Source of the DNA: Lytechinus pictus
Taxonomy: Eukaryota
DNA: 64,000 nt
Assembly: GCF_037042905.1 (NCBI RefSeq)
Contig: NC_087248.1
Location: forward strand, 29,450,001 to 29,514,000
Direction: 5' to 3'
In this document: one piece after another, positions 27,167 to 39,932 of the stretch
Layout: each line of letters opens with the position of its first letter
How positions within the stretch are numbered: position 1 is the first letter of the stretch
Made by a program: the position numbers and the translations under genes
Notes under the pieces: model-generated
What the model was told of the DNA's origin: nothing
What the model saw: only the letters and a program-made list of their open reading frames with translations
Databases searched by the model: none

Positions 27167-29299
27167 TAATACTACTCAGTTGTTTTGAGCTGTGAAACTT
27201 GTCTTGAGGATGTAAATCATGAGCTAAAAACGTTTTGTGTATGATGAATTTGCAGTCGATAAACAGGGCATAGTCTCATATTTCACAAAATATCTAAATC
27301 ACGATGACATAATATGGAATTTGCCCAATTTATGAAGTTTCATTTTCGAATAGAGTCTTGTACACTCATTGTTTGTTGGATCAATAAAGTTAGAATTTTA
27401 TCTTAATTTGTCTCCTATGTCAGAGTAGACTATTACTTACACAAATAATATGATAGATGTCTTTTCAATAGGCAGGCATTGAATAATGCAGGCTTTGAAT
27501 AATTAGGGAATTGTGCGGTGATATTGTCATTAATCAAATGATACATTGACTTGTAAGCAGGGTTAAAAGGGCAATGTTTCACGGCACATTAGTCTCTGAT
27601 CATGTCATAATGTTTAGCATCAAGCTGTAGATCACTTTAAAGCACAATTCTAATAGCCACATGCAGTGAGCAATAATTAAACAAAATCTTAAGGGTAAAG
27701 ACAAGTATGTATTATATTATTAAAGTAATTTTTAACATATGTTACAATTAGAAGTATCTTTTAAGCAAGCTAAACATCCTAGTGATTATAATGAATAATG
27801 CTGAATATCTTGAGGATAAGTAATAACATATTTGCACAAGTTAGACCATGTCTTAGAGAAAAACAATGAAGTGATGCCTTTGAAAATTTTCAATGGAACT
27901 GCAAAATTAAGTGGGCTCTCCAATTATGAGAACTTGTATTAATTTAAAACTTTATTCTGTTAATTGCTTTATAGTCTATGAGTGGGACATTTTATTCGAG
28001 ACAGAACATGTATTTTGTGTCATTTTATTTTCCTCTATATGTTCAGTTTACTCGTTGATACACTCAAACCCACCCCTTTCTGATAATGCTCCTTTTGATT
28101 ATTCATATCTCTCCCTCTCTCTCTCTCTTCATCTCTTTCTCTGTCTTCATATGTTTGTTTATCTAGCTAATTCTCCCTCTCCCTCTCTTATTTTATCTTT
28201 CACCTCTTTTTGTCTTAGTTTATTTATCTCTCATTTCTCTCTCTCTTGTCTCTGTCTATTCTCTCCTCTCTCTTTTTCCTCTTTCTCTGTCTTTCTCTCT
28301 CTCCAGCTTTCCTCCTCTAGTCGATGACCATGGCATTGACTTTGAATCAAACTAATTGTGTCCTTACAGTACGTTTATTGGAGCATCCCAAATCAAGTTA
28401 TTACTTTGAAGATTTCCTGACCTTTCTCCGCTTCTCCCTCGCTCGCCCGATTGTCCGTCGCTCTAGCGGCCAAGGCCGGGATTCACGTTATTCTCGCACT
28501 TGTTCTTGACCGCTCTCTACGCTTTTCCTGTCTTAGGCCCAATTGATGACCCAAATCTGAGGGTATTTTCATTCATTTCATATCAAGGGGTTGTGCAGCA
28601 AAAATATGACCAATATTCATAAATATGCAGTAAATAGACCATAATGGCCATTAAGGTTTTTTTTCTGCCAGTTTTAGTGATGAATTAAATTCCATTACAG
28701 TGATGAAAATAATTACAGAGTAGAATTTTGTAAATGATTTTCCTGTATGAATAGTCATATGATATTGGAGGTCAATTATTAAGAATATGTAGCTGTTTGG
28801 TTCTCCTGCATGATGTTAACCAGATTAATTTGTCTTCGCAACAATGAATTCTTCATTCTTTGCCGGTGATGATAGGGAGGTGGACAGTTTATTAACCCGT
28901 TCACACAAGATTAAAAAATCCCCATAGACTTTGTACAGGGCCCACCCGTTTCCCGTAGGCAACAGGTTAATAGAAATTGGCACTTTGGATACGTGCTCGG
29001 GATATCTACAAACTCAGTCTATAGGAAGAATACCTGACAGAATAGAAGCCCTTCTCAAAAAAATCTAAATGAATTAATGTTGTGCTATCCCATATTGCTC
29101 TTTGAATGATTAAATGTCAGGCATAAACAATGTTTGGTATACTAGTATAGGAAGTTATCTTACCAGCTATCCTATTTCTTCTTTTAATGAAATATAAGAA
29201 GTATGGAAATAATTTTTTTTGTTTCTCGAATTGTTTCTCAACTAAGGAAATAGTTACTTGTTTCGGTATGGACTTAAGGCAAAATTTCGTCACTTTTAG

Positions 29300-29413
29300 C
29301 ACTTGGCCCCCCCCCCCCCCCTTTGAAGGTGAAGGCTTTTTTTTTGCTTGTCAAATTTTTCCTTTGGAAATTGTGCCCCCCCCCCCTTTTGGAAAATCCT
29401 GGATCCGTCCCTG
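29300..29413 (+). mobile_element. Internally deleted hAT-like MITE
   Basis: Perfect 8-bp TSD ACTTTTAG (29292-29299 and 29414-29421); right end GGAAAATCCTGGATCCGTCCCTG matches the 33049 element. Confidence 0.75.
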
Positions 29414-30043
29414 ACTTTTAGGATGTTAATTTTGAATGTATCAAAGGAGTGATTCTGCATTTGAAGCATAATATAATTTTTAAAGTATATATTTTCATGT
29501 ATATACGTTAGAAACTTTTTTTTGTATCTCTACCCTTCTTTTTTCTTTGTTCTTTAAAACACAAACTCACATACAATCTCCCTTTCTTGGTTCTCTGCTT
29601 TTCACAGCATACCCCCTTCCCCCTTTCACAACACCCTTTCTCGTTAGCGTCTGAATCTACCTCTTCTCTATATGATTATCTTATTTCCTCTCTTTTGTCT
29701 TTGTCTCTATACTCATATTGTCTCTCATCTCTACTTAACCTTACAGTTCATAAATCAGATTCTATAATCCTAAATTGATTCAGTCACACTCACCCTGCCA
29801 CCCCTCCCCCCCCCCCTCTCTCTCTCATGGTCACTCTCTTTATTATAATCCCACCCAAACTCCCCCATTCAGTAAAACTTTCCTCCAGTCATGTACCACC
29901 TGCCTGTCTAGACCTCACCACCAGGGGGCAGTATAATCTCTCTAATCCATCTCTGTCTTCGTCAAGGACAATGGACTATCATTGAGATAGTCTTGAGCAT
30001 AAAGACCCTGTCATAAATCTTCAATTTCTAAAGTTACCCATAA

Positions 30044-30526
30044 GGTGGTTTCAGACTGCCTCGAAGTTCGTCAGTTCCAGGTATTTTCTGATCGTGAAAT
30101 TTACCCCGATCACTCGATCAGAAAATACCAGGTAATATTGGCAATGTGAAAGGAAATTACGCGTAATCTCCCCGAAAGAAAATACCCACTAAATAGTAGG
30201 TACTTGTCAAAATTGCGAGAACTTTCGCGGGGATTTTTCCAAGGTCGCAGGTATTTTTGCAATGTGAAAGCAATTTACGGGAACTTTTAGCCTAGCGTGT
30301 AATTGGGCCCAGACGCCTTGGGTGGCTGCTGGGCTAGTGATTTTGAATCTCGCGCCTCGCTCGCTTATCAGACCATACTGCGCATGCTCGTAACTTCAGG
30401 AACTTATCCCGAAGGGTATGTTTCGGGGCGGTGTGAATGCAGGAATAATTCATGGGTAATTTTTAGCCTAAAAAAGTTTTCGTAATTTAACGGGGATTCT
30501 TATGATCGATGGGGTTTGAAACCACT
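30044..30526 (-). mobile_element. PIF/Harbinger-like MITE family D, copy 2
   Basis: Reverse complement of 6778-7250; TAA/TAT flanks. Confidence 0.85.
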
Positions 30527-30932
30527 TATTGGCAGCAGTCAATGTACAGAAAGTCCATATCATTGCAAACCTATTGATATTGTAAAGAGTTCAAGATAAA
30601 TTTGGCTACAGCATTGGCCCCCATGTGTAAACAATGTTTATCATCTTATATATATATATATAAAGCTGTTGTAAATTGCAAAATGTATTTCCTTTAAAAT
30701 GAACAATTTCAGTTTTCATTCTGCATATTCCATTTTTTTTTGCAAATAAATATATCTAATTGATTGGACTTTGGTAATTTTATCAATCATTAGGAATTAT
30801 AAGAAAAATTGCAAAACATCCCTCTGAAAAAAGAGTGAGAAGAAGAAGAAGAAAATAGTAACAAGAAATGAATCACTTAAAAATGAAATTAATGAATGAA
30901 TTAATAAGATGAGAGTAATAACAGTAATTATA

Positions 30933-31485
30933 TACCCTTTTTACACACGCTAAAATTTCCTTAACCCCGTACTATAGGTGGGGCTAAATTGCCATTTAGC
31001 CCCACCTATAGTACGGGGTTAAGCTTAGCCCACTTTCTTTTTACACAGCATTTTTGCAAAGTGGGCTAACCCCACCTTTAGTACGGGATTATTTGGCCCT
31101 GCAAAAAAGCAGGGTTATCCCAGCAATTGCGGTGCTAAGAGCGATAGTACGGGGTTAAAATCGCTAGTGTAAAACGAAAGTGGGCTAAGCTTAACCCCGT
31201 ACTATAGGTGGGGCTAAATGGCAATTTGGCCCCACCTATAGTACGGGGTTAAGGAAATTGTAGCGTGTGTAAAAAGGTACGAGTGAAGTACTTGTACTAC
31301 GAATGATCGACAAAAACCACTAGTCCGGGGTTAGCGACTTTCGTGTGTGAAAAGCAAGCATTCCTTATCCGGGGTTAGCAATAACAATTAGGCATGTGTA
31401 AAAAGGAAAAAAAATAGTACGGGGTTAAGGATAGTACGGGGTTAGCGATAGTCCGGGGCTAAGAAAATCCTGTGTAAAAAGGGTA
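30933..31485. mobile_element. PIF/Harbinger-like foldback MITE with ATA TSD
   Basis: ATA-TACCCTTTTTACACA ... TGTGTAAAAAGGGTA-ATA; many TAGTACGGGGTTA motifs; long near-perfect internal inverted repeat. Confidence 0.85.
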
Positions 31486-32671
31486 ATAGAAAATAACAAT
31501 AGGGATTGTAATTTGTGAAACAGCCACCATAAATTAGAAAAAATATGAAAAAGTAGACCCTCTCCACCTCCAGAAATTTGTGGAAGAGCCCTCTATGAGA
31601 AAACACAGAACTATGTCTTTACATGATTCCATTATCTTTCTCTGCTCTTTGTTCAAATCTTATCTTCTGAGATGATTTGGAAAACTCTAATGACTTATCA
31701 CAAAGATACTACAAGGGGAAGATCGGACAATTCAGCGATTTTTTTGAAACGCTCGATAAATGCTCATGGGGAACATAGGGAAGGACGCCAACTAGCGTTG
31801 AGTTAGTAAACCTTCGCACATCGGCATGCAGCTGTGTATAAAACATTTGGGGGAAATGAGAGAGTGGATTTTGGAGAGGGCTCAAGGGCAGTGCATGGGA
31901 ATAATTCCACCTTTAATTACCCAGAAACCTCTGAAATATTTTCATCTCTAATTAAAAAAAAAAATTGAAGAATTTTTTTTTAAAATGTACAAATCCTCTA
32001 TTCCTTCACCCCTTCACCATTTCTCTCATATGTTTTTTACACAACCAGATCGCAAAGGTAAAAATGGTTGTTGTCCAGAGCGTTTCATTGCGCGGCCTAT
32101 GTACTGTCCAATCTTCCACTTATAGTATCGTTGCTTATGAACATAGTTAAGTTTTAAGTGGTAATTCTGGCTGAAAATAGAAATTGTAGTTAAAATCAGA
32201 TTACCAAATAAATAGTATCCATAAAATCAGATAAAAAGTAAACAAAGTTTAGAGTTTTGCATAAGTCAAGGTAAAGACTTATGTACTGTCATTAACATAC
32301 ATTTTTTTCCATGCTCAGTTCAAAGACCTATAAGGATTACTGCAAAAAGAGGAAGTTAAAGTCCTAAAAGAGTTTTACCATGCTATATTGGGCAGAAATT
32401 TTCAAAATAGACAAGAGGAAATGGATCTTCTTTCTTACTAGAAATTCCATTTATAATTAGAAATATATATTTTTTAATACTTCCCTTTGGCTACCAATTT
32501 TAGACTTTCGGAGAAATAGTTCTTCCTTCCACCCACTTCATTATTACTTCTAGTTTATGATCATTAAATGGAAAAACAAGTTTAAAAAAATAAATTTAAG
32601 AAATTGATCGGAAACTGACTCAAAATAAAGTCAAATTTTCTGCCTTGAATATTGACATGTGTGAATTTGTG

Positions 32672-32895
32672 AATGGCGTAATTTCCTTCAGCAAGAAATT
32701 TATCCACACTGTGCTGCACTCAACCCAGGTGAGATGAATGGGTACCCGGTAGGAAGAAATTCCTTGAATGCTTTGAGCGCCTAGGCAGCCCAGCTAAAGC
32801 CGGGGTAATAATAATAGCAGGGCCCGCTGGGAGAACAGTTTTCGGAACTGAAGCGGCTTCCCTGGGTAAATATACCTGTATTATATATTATTATA
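32672..32895 (+). mobile_element. 5'-truncated SINE (same body as 10438 copy, different 3' tail)
   Basis: Body 'ccttcagcaagaaatttatccacactgtgctgcactcaacccaggtgagatgaatgggtacc...gccggggtaataata', then a distinct tail ending in a TAT-rich run. Confidence 0.8.
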
Positions 32896-33048
32896 TATGT
32901 GCTAATTTGTTTCCTATTTCTTTACTTTTTTCTTCCAACTTGATCCTGCTCTACATTCTACACTACCGTTTTCCATGTTGTACCAAATGCATGCCAATAT
33001 TCACCATGTATTCAGGTAAGTGATGTAATAGGCCTTTAAATCTTCACC

Positions 33049-33247
33049 CACTGGCGGATCGAGGGGGGCACAGCCGGCCCGTGCCCCCCCCCCCCTTTTG
33101 AGAAGCAATATTAAAATTTGTAATATGAAAATGCTGTTAAAACAGAAATGTGCCCCTTTTGAAAGTGAAGACCTTTTTTTTTGCTTGTCAATTTTTTCCT
33201 GGGAAAAATGTGCCCCCCCCTTTTGGAAAATCCTGGATCCGCCCCTG
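33049..33247 (+). mobile_element. hAT-like MITE
   Basis: CACTGGCGGATC...GATCCGCCCCTG; 8-bp TSD tcttcacc/tgttcacc (1 mismatch). Confidence 0.75.
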
Positions 33248-33528
33248 TGTTCACCTGTTCATTCTATAATTAAACAATTCTCGGGTATGCAAATTCATTT
33301 TAAAAACTATGAACAAATTAGGTGAATTTTCTTCAACCCAAATTCTATGGCAAGCAAAATATATAATGACTGCCCTTACAAAGGAGCGGGGGGGGGGGGC
33401 AGTTTCTTTCAAATTTATGATAAGCAAAATAGTGAACATTCTGACTGTAAGACCTCGAAGTTGAGGAGGGGGTAATTTCTATGATATTTCTGACAAACAT
33501 TTCTGTTTGAAATGGGAAGCACTTTATT

Positions 33529-33921
33529 TTAAAGATAAATTCCAGTTGTGGGAACGATCTCAAAATGACTTTTTACAGAATTTAATATAATGATCACCAA
33601 AGTGTCTGTTTGTATGAATAAAAAATATGTGCCAAAGGATTCTGGAAGAAATTGTGTAATTGCTGAGAAATGAGCGCGGATTCGGTCACTTCCGTCGGGT
33701 CTTTATTCCAGCAATAATAATACACTGTCCCACGTGTGCCTATCTGTGTTAGCGATCTTCAGTGTGATCGTTTTTTAGCTAGATATTATGATTTCACAAA
33801 GTTCAGTTTATGTAACTGTACCAGATTTAGATCCATGATGATATATCAATACTTTACCTTGGTTTTACAGACTTTCTCACGAAATCAGTGTTTTACTGCA
33901 ACTACGTTCATTTAGCTTTAA
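33529..33921 (+). mobile_element. Kolobok-like MITE family B, copy 2
   Basis: TTAA at both ends; highly similar to 4417-4811. Confidence 0.85.
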
Positions 33922-36233
33922 GAGGGAGGGGTTGTTTGAAGATGCCATGGATTGTAGTCTTGTAATCAGACCAGCGTATTTCCTGCATGTGTGTTGTCCA
34001 AGGCCTGAAGTTGGAGACTAGCCTGGAGGCCTTCCAATGTTCAGAGACAATCTGTCTGTTATTGTGTCCTTTTTAGAGACCGAACAAGGTTAACGGTCTT
34101 TATCTCCTAACCAGAACCCAAGGCCGGCACTCTAATTACTCTCTTTACTTGGCCTAGCCCACTCATTCACTGGCATTAGGCTCCTTTTAGCGATGAAGGG
34201 AAAATTTGTTTTTCTAATATTCTGTGTCCTTCACGAAAATCTGTGCTGCAGACAATGCTCTGGCGCTTGATCGCCTTAGCTTTAACCCTGTACATCAATC
34301 ATATGTAAGGAGATTGTGATTTGGCAATTTATCTTTTTAGTGAAAGCTGGTTATGATGACTTAGAAGAGATGATGAGGATGAATGCATTGCCTCCCGGGT
34401 TTAGAGAGGCATTGTTGAATCGATGCCATTTTAGCTTTAATTACCTCGGGTGGGTAATAGTTAACCTCCTGAACCCAAAAAATGTGACATCCTAAACTAA
34501 TGCATGGTTTCTGTTTGGTGCAATAAAGGGAGAACCTCTGGCAAAAGTTCAATTGAAAATAAAATTGCAATATAATTCAAACGGACATTAGCTTATAGTG
34601 AACCTAAATGTGAATTATCTTTTTGGAAGGTTACACTGCTGATGTAAGTTAGTGCATGACATGTTCGTTGAATCTAGAGAGCTATCCTCACTTTACATCT
34701 TCACAAGATTTCAAGAAATAGGGAAATGGCGGAGAATCTCATTCTTCATAAATGATTTCTCAATATATAGCCTTCTTGATTCGTTGTCAGTACAAATTGT
34801 ATTTGTCGATTTTTATGGTTAATTGTGTCTGGTTGTGTGTGAGGGGAAGGGAGCGCAGAGTCAGGGAGGGGGGGGGGAGGATAATAAATGATATAGGATA
34901 TTTGTAAATAATAAATAATATAGGGTATTTGTATGGCGCACATATCCACCTTGTTAGGTGCTACAGGCATTTCTAATAATAATGATGATGATGATGATGA
35001 TCATTGGATTTATTTCCACAGGTTAATGGCATATATGTTAGTGTTGGAAGAAATATTTATTACCTAATTTCCACTCTGTAAATATCAATATCGGGAGATT
35101 GTGTCATGATCTTATCTTGGGGAGGGACAATTGGCCTTGTCTCTTATTTTATTTTTATTATTTTTGTTTGTTTGGGGGGGGGGGCTTATTTTATTCTCTT
35201 TCTTTGTATTTTAAAGTGACCCCCCCTGTTTTTGGTAAATCTTAAGCAACTTGTTCTAGTCAGTAAATATGATCAGTATCTGGAGATTATGTCATAATCA
35301 GACATGGATCGGGGGGGGGGGGTGCCCTTGTGTATTTTTTTGGCTTTTTTTTTCTTGCTTGATTGTCAAGAGTGACCCACTGCTTTTGGTAAATTTTAGA
35401 TCTGCCCCTGTCATTGTTCCATGGGATATAGGAGCTCTATATTTTAATGATGAATTATTTGTTGGATGTATGTGCATTTAATAGATTCACTTACAGTCTG
35501 TTTTGACATTATGTTCTATCAGATTATCAAAATTGCAAGAATTAGTGGGGCAGTAAAGTGTCTTTAAAAGATGGTTGGGGCAAGCCCTGCTGGTAATTTG
35601 CATTCAATAGAGAATTAGTAAAAGACAAGTTTCTTAGATTGAGCTCTAATGGGCAGTTCTCTTCATAGACAGCTAGGGGCATGCACCCCTGCTTGAACTC
35701 GCCACTGTGTATGTGTGCCTAATTAGTTACGTTAAAGGAATTAAGATATTTCGATTCCTTTAAAATAGAGCTGCAATGCTACACACAAAGTGATTACATC
35801 ATTTCCGTTCTTCCTTATCTCTCTTATGTTCCAAGTAGTAAGATAGACTTTACCTGTTATCACACACATAGCCATGTTTAACAACACACAAGGGTTGGTC
35901 TGATTAACAATGATCAAAAACATCAACTGTTACAAAACCCACCCTCAAAAACAAATACATTACATCACCTCTCTGATTGGCCAAGCTGGTATTGACTATG
36001 TCATTGCCTTGGTCGCCATGGCAATGTCCGTCAATCCATGCTATTTTTATTTTGTTTTTCCCTGCTTTACATGCTAATGATAGGTCATTACGAGTGCTAC
36101 AGACGACATTACTTTGTATTTTGATTGAGTCAGTTTGTTGCAAGTTTTTTTTTTTTTACATTAAATCAATGTAATGACGATAGGTGACTGTTACAGTACC
36201 CTTTGGGGCTTTGTTAAACTCCAGTCTCCCTTG

Positions 36234-36842
36234 TTAAAGGTCAAGTCTACCCCAGAAAAATGATGATTTGAATAAATAGAGAAAAATCCAACTAGCAAAA
36301 TGCTAAAAATTTCATCAAAATCTGTTGTAAAATAAGACAGTTATTACATTTTAAAGCTTCGCTTATTTTTCACGAAACAGTTATATGCACATCTCAGTGA
36401 CATGCAAATGAGATAGGCGATGATGTGCATCACTCACTATTTCTTTTGTTTTTTATTGTTTTAATTATACAATATTTCATTTTTTACAGATTTTACAATA
36501 AGGACCAACTTGACTGAACCATATAGTATTAAAACAATGCTAATTCGACATGTTCAGAGAGGAATTAATCTTTTCACTTGACAATGAGGAGAAAATGATA
36601 ATATTTCATATTTCATATAATGAAATACAAAAGAAATAGTGAGTGGATGACGTCATCAGTCTCTTCATTTGCATACTGACCAGGATGTGCATATAACTGT
36701 TTTTTTTAATTAAGCGAAAATTTGAAATGTCATAACTTTCTTATTTTACATCCGATTTTGATGAAATTTTCAGTGTTATGCTTGTTCGATTTTTCTCTTT
36801 TTATTCAAATCAACTAATGGTTAGGGTGGACTTGTCCTTTAA
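36234..36842 (+). mobile_element. Kolobok-like MITE family A, copy 2
   Basis: TTAA-AGGTCAAGTCTACC...GGTGGACTTGTCCT-TTAA. Confidence 0.9.
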
Positions 36843-36979
36843 CTACTGTAACATAAATGTATAAAGGTTATTGTGAGAGTGACAAATTTCACTCATAATA
36901 ATAAAGATGGTAATGGCTCATTAGATCGAGTTCACAAAAAGAACAATCCAGCCTCAAATTAAAGATTGTAAAATAAAAG

Positions 36980-37710
36980 ATGGAGAGTCATAGAGTCAGT
37001 TTAAGAGATAGGGTAATTATTATTTGTCAGTAAAAATATAGAGAAAGAGAGAAGATATATTTTCGCCATTAGCAGGACACATTGTGGCCTTCCAAAGCAG
37101 TAATTAAGAAAATCTTAAGCGGCAAAATGGCTACTTTGTCTTTTCAAAGTGGGAGCCAAAGAGTAAGTTTAAGAGATTTATAGGTAATTATTATTTTTCT
37201 GTGGAAAGAAATAGAGAGCGAGAGGGAATTAGATATTGTCACTATTACCAGGACTCTTTGTGACCTTCCGAGGCAGTAATTAAGAAAATCCTAAGCGGCA
37301 AAATAAGAAAATCCTAAGCTGCTAAATGGCTGCTTTTTCTTCTCAAGGTGGGAGCCATAGAGTAAGTTTAAGAGTATAGGTAATTATTATTTTTCAATGA
37401 AAAAAATAGAGGGAGAGAGAGGATTAGATATGTTCACCATTACCAGGACACATTTACGGCCTTCCAGAGCAGTAATTAAGAAAATCTTAAGCGGCAAAAT
37501 GGCTGCTTTTTCTTCTCAAGGTGGGAGCCATAGAGTAAGTTTAAGAGTTTAGGTAATTATTATTTTTCAATGAAAAAAATAGAGGGAGAGAGAGGATTAG
37601 ATATGTTCACCATTACCAGGACACATTTACGGCCTTTCAGAGCAGTAATTAAGAAAATCTTAAGCGGCAAAATGGCTGCTTTGTCCCTCTCAAGTTGGAA
37701 GAGCCTGTGA
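36980..37710. repeat. Tandem repeat, ~170-bp unit x4
   Basis: AGAGT(A/C)AGTTTAAGAG anchor at 36992, 37160, 37359 and 37532; units 3 and 4 nearly identical; unit 2 has an internal ~22-bp duplication. Confidence 0.85.
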
Positions 37711-38464
37711 GTCTAGACATGGCAAGGTGAATCATCGTTAACCCTATGTCTGCCAAGGTCAATTGCTGCTCTCATCCGGAAGTCAATGGTATGAAGGAGG
37801 TGAGCGGTAATGAGTGGGTTAATTAGGGGTCTGTTCACACTGCAGCCAGATCAATTTGGTTAACGTACGCAGGATTCTTGGACGAGTGCAAGGGAGAATT
37901 AGGACTAGGTTAAGGGCCTAAAGGTCTACACAGACAAGATGACTTTTCATTTTTTTTAAGTAAGGGAGAATTAAGAAAGTAGTTTTTCAAACAGTCTTTA
38001 CAAGCGTCGCTGCATATTCCCTTCCCCCATTAAAACTGATAAAACAGAGGGGTTTTCTAAGAACCTATATGTCGTTTACTTTCAGACAAGAATTCGACCC
38101 TGAAGGCTGATTCCTCTGTTAGCATATGAACAATTTTTTATGTACTGATTGCTTTAAAAAAAAATCTTATATAGCAATATCAATCTTGTTTTCAGTTCTT
38201 GAAAAACCCACAGAGATATGTCTTAGATTGAAATAATTCATCACTTTTTAGTTCAAATCTAAAGCTCATTCAAAAGAAAAGCAATTTTCTCCGCGGTTCA
38301 TTCTGATATCCATTTGCAGTAGTCTGAATTACTCCATTTTAAACCATGGTGATTGTTGGTGTCATTCAGACTGAATGGAATTGAATCAGTTGTGTCAGTG
38401 CTGTCGTCTGAATATGGCTTCTCATGATTGTGGTTGTGTGAACTCATGGTATGGTTGGGGTTCC

Positions 38465-39068
38465 TTAAAGGACAATTCCACCCCATCAAAAAGTTGATTT
38501 GAATAAAAAGATAAATATCCAACTAGCATAACACTGAAAACTTCATCAAAATCAGATGTAAAATAAGAAAGTTATGACATTTCAAAGTTTCGCTTATTTT
38601 CACAAAACAATCCTGGTTGGTATGGAAATGAGGAGACTGATGACGTCATCCACTCTCTTTTTCTTTTGTATTATATTATCTGAAATATGAAATATTCTAA
38701 TTTTCTCCTCATTGTCAAGTGAAACAACGATTAATTCCTCCCTGAACATGTGGAATTAACATTGTTTAATACTATATGGTTCAGTCAAGTTGGTCCTTGT
38801 TGTCAAATCTGTAAAAAAAATGAAATATTGTATAATTCAAACAATAAAAAAAAAAGAAATAGTGAGTGATGGACATCATCGACTGACTCATTTGTATGTC
38901 ACTGAGTTGTGCATATCACTGTTTTGTGAAAGAATAAGCGAAACTTTAAAATGCCATAACTTTCTTATTTTACATCCAATTTTTGATGAATTTTTCAGCA
39001 TTATGCTAGTTTGATTATTCTCTATTTATTTAAATAAAGACTTTTTTGGGGTGGACCTGACCTTTCAA
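38465..39068 (-). mobile_element. Kolobok-like MITE family A, copy 3 (inverted)
   Basis: Starts TTAA-AGGACAATTCCACCCC; contains the reverse complement of the family A core (tatggttcagtcaagttggtcctt). Confidence 0.85.
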
Positions 39069-39169
39069 GATCCCATGATGAGTTGACCTTGTGGAGTATC
39101 AAGAACAAAGGAAAGGATCATGATGGAGAGAGAGAGTGAAGACTTGAAAAAAAAAAAAAAATAGTGGCG

Positions 39170-39752
39170 TTTAATCTTAATGATATGCATTTTAGTGATC
39201 ACTCTTGTGAATTTTTTGGCCCATTGCCATTGTACACAATATTGTTTGGGCCAGTGGCGGCTATTTTAGATATCAAAATACAGCAATGTTCCCATATATG
39301 ACATAATAAATGATATATCTCGTTAGTAATGATGATTTGCATATATTACTTCGTTCCTACATCGCGATTTTTTGCGGTTTAGTGCTAATTTTTGTGAAAA
39401 TTAGTTTTCCCTATTCATATTGTACATAATGAGTATACAGGGGCCTATGGTGGCCATTTTGAATATCAGGAAAATAAATATTTTGTCAAAAATTATTTTT
39501 TCAGAGAGTATTTCACTCCTGCCACACGATTTCATGCATTTCATAGCCAATGTGCGGATAATTTTATGATTTTCATGGGTAATTGCATATTTTGGCGGCC
39601 ATATTGGATTTTGCCAATTTGCGGAAAATGCTCAAGGTTACACGTGTGGCATCATCCAGATTCGTAATCAGCACCCTCGAATTGACAAGAAACCCTAAAA
39701 AAATATTGTATATATAAAAAAAACAAGGTTATGTCTCTTCTATCCTAGACTA
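39170..39752. mobile_element. Truncated DNA-transposon end (hAT-like)
   Basis: Repeated GGCGGCCAT(A/T)TT motifs and a terminus ...TATCCTAGACTA; partner end not seen. Confidence 0.45.
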
Positions 39753-39932
39753 ATTAAGCATGTTTTCCAGTACTCATCAACAGGAAGGAATACTAATTAA
39801 TAGAAAGCATAATCTGCTTTATAGAAACCATATTATTAAGAAAATAACCATGGAAAAGAGGATTTTTTTGTTTTTTCATGAGGCTGAGATGATCAGTAAG
39901 CTTAGTTTGAATTTCTAGGAAAATGTGCTTCA

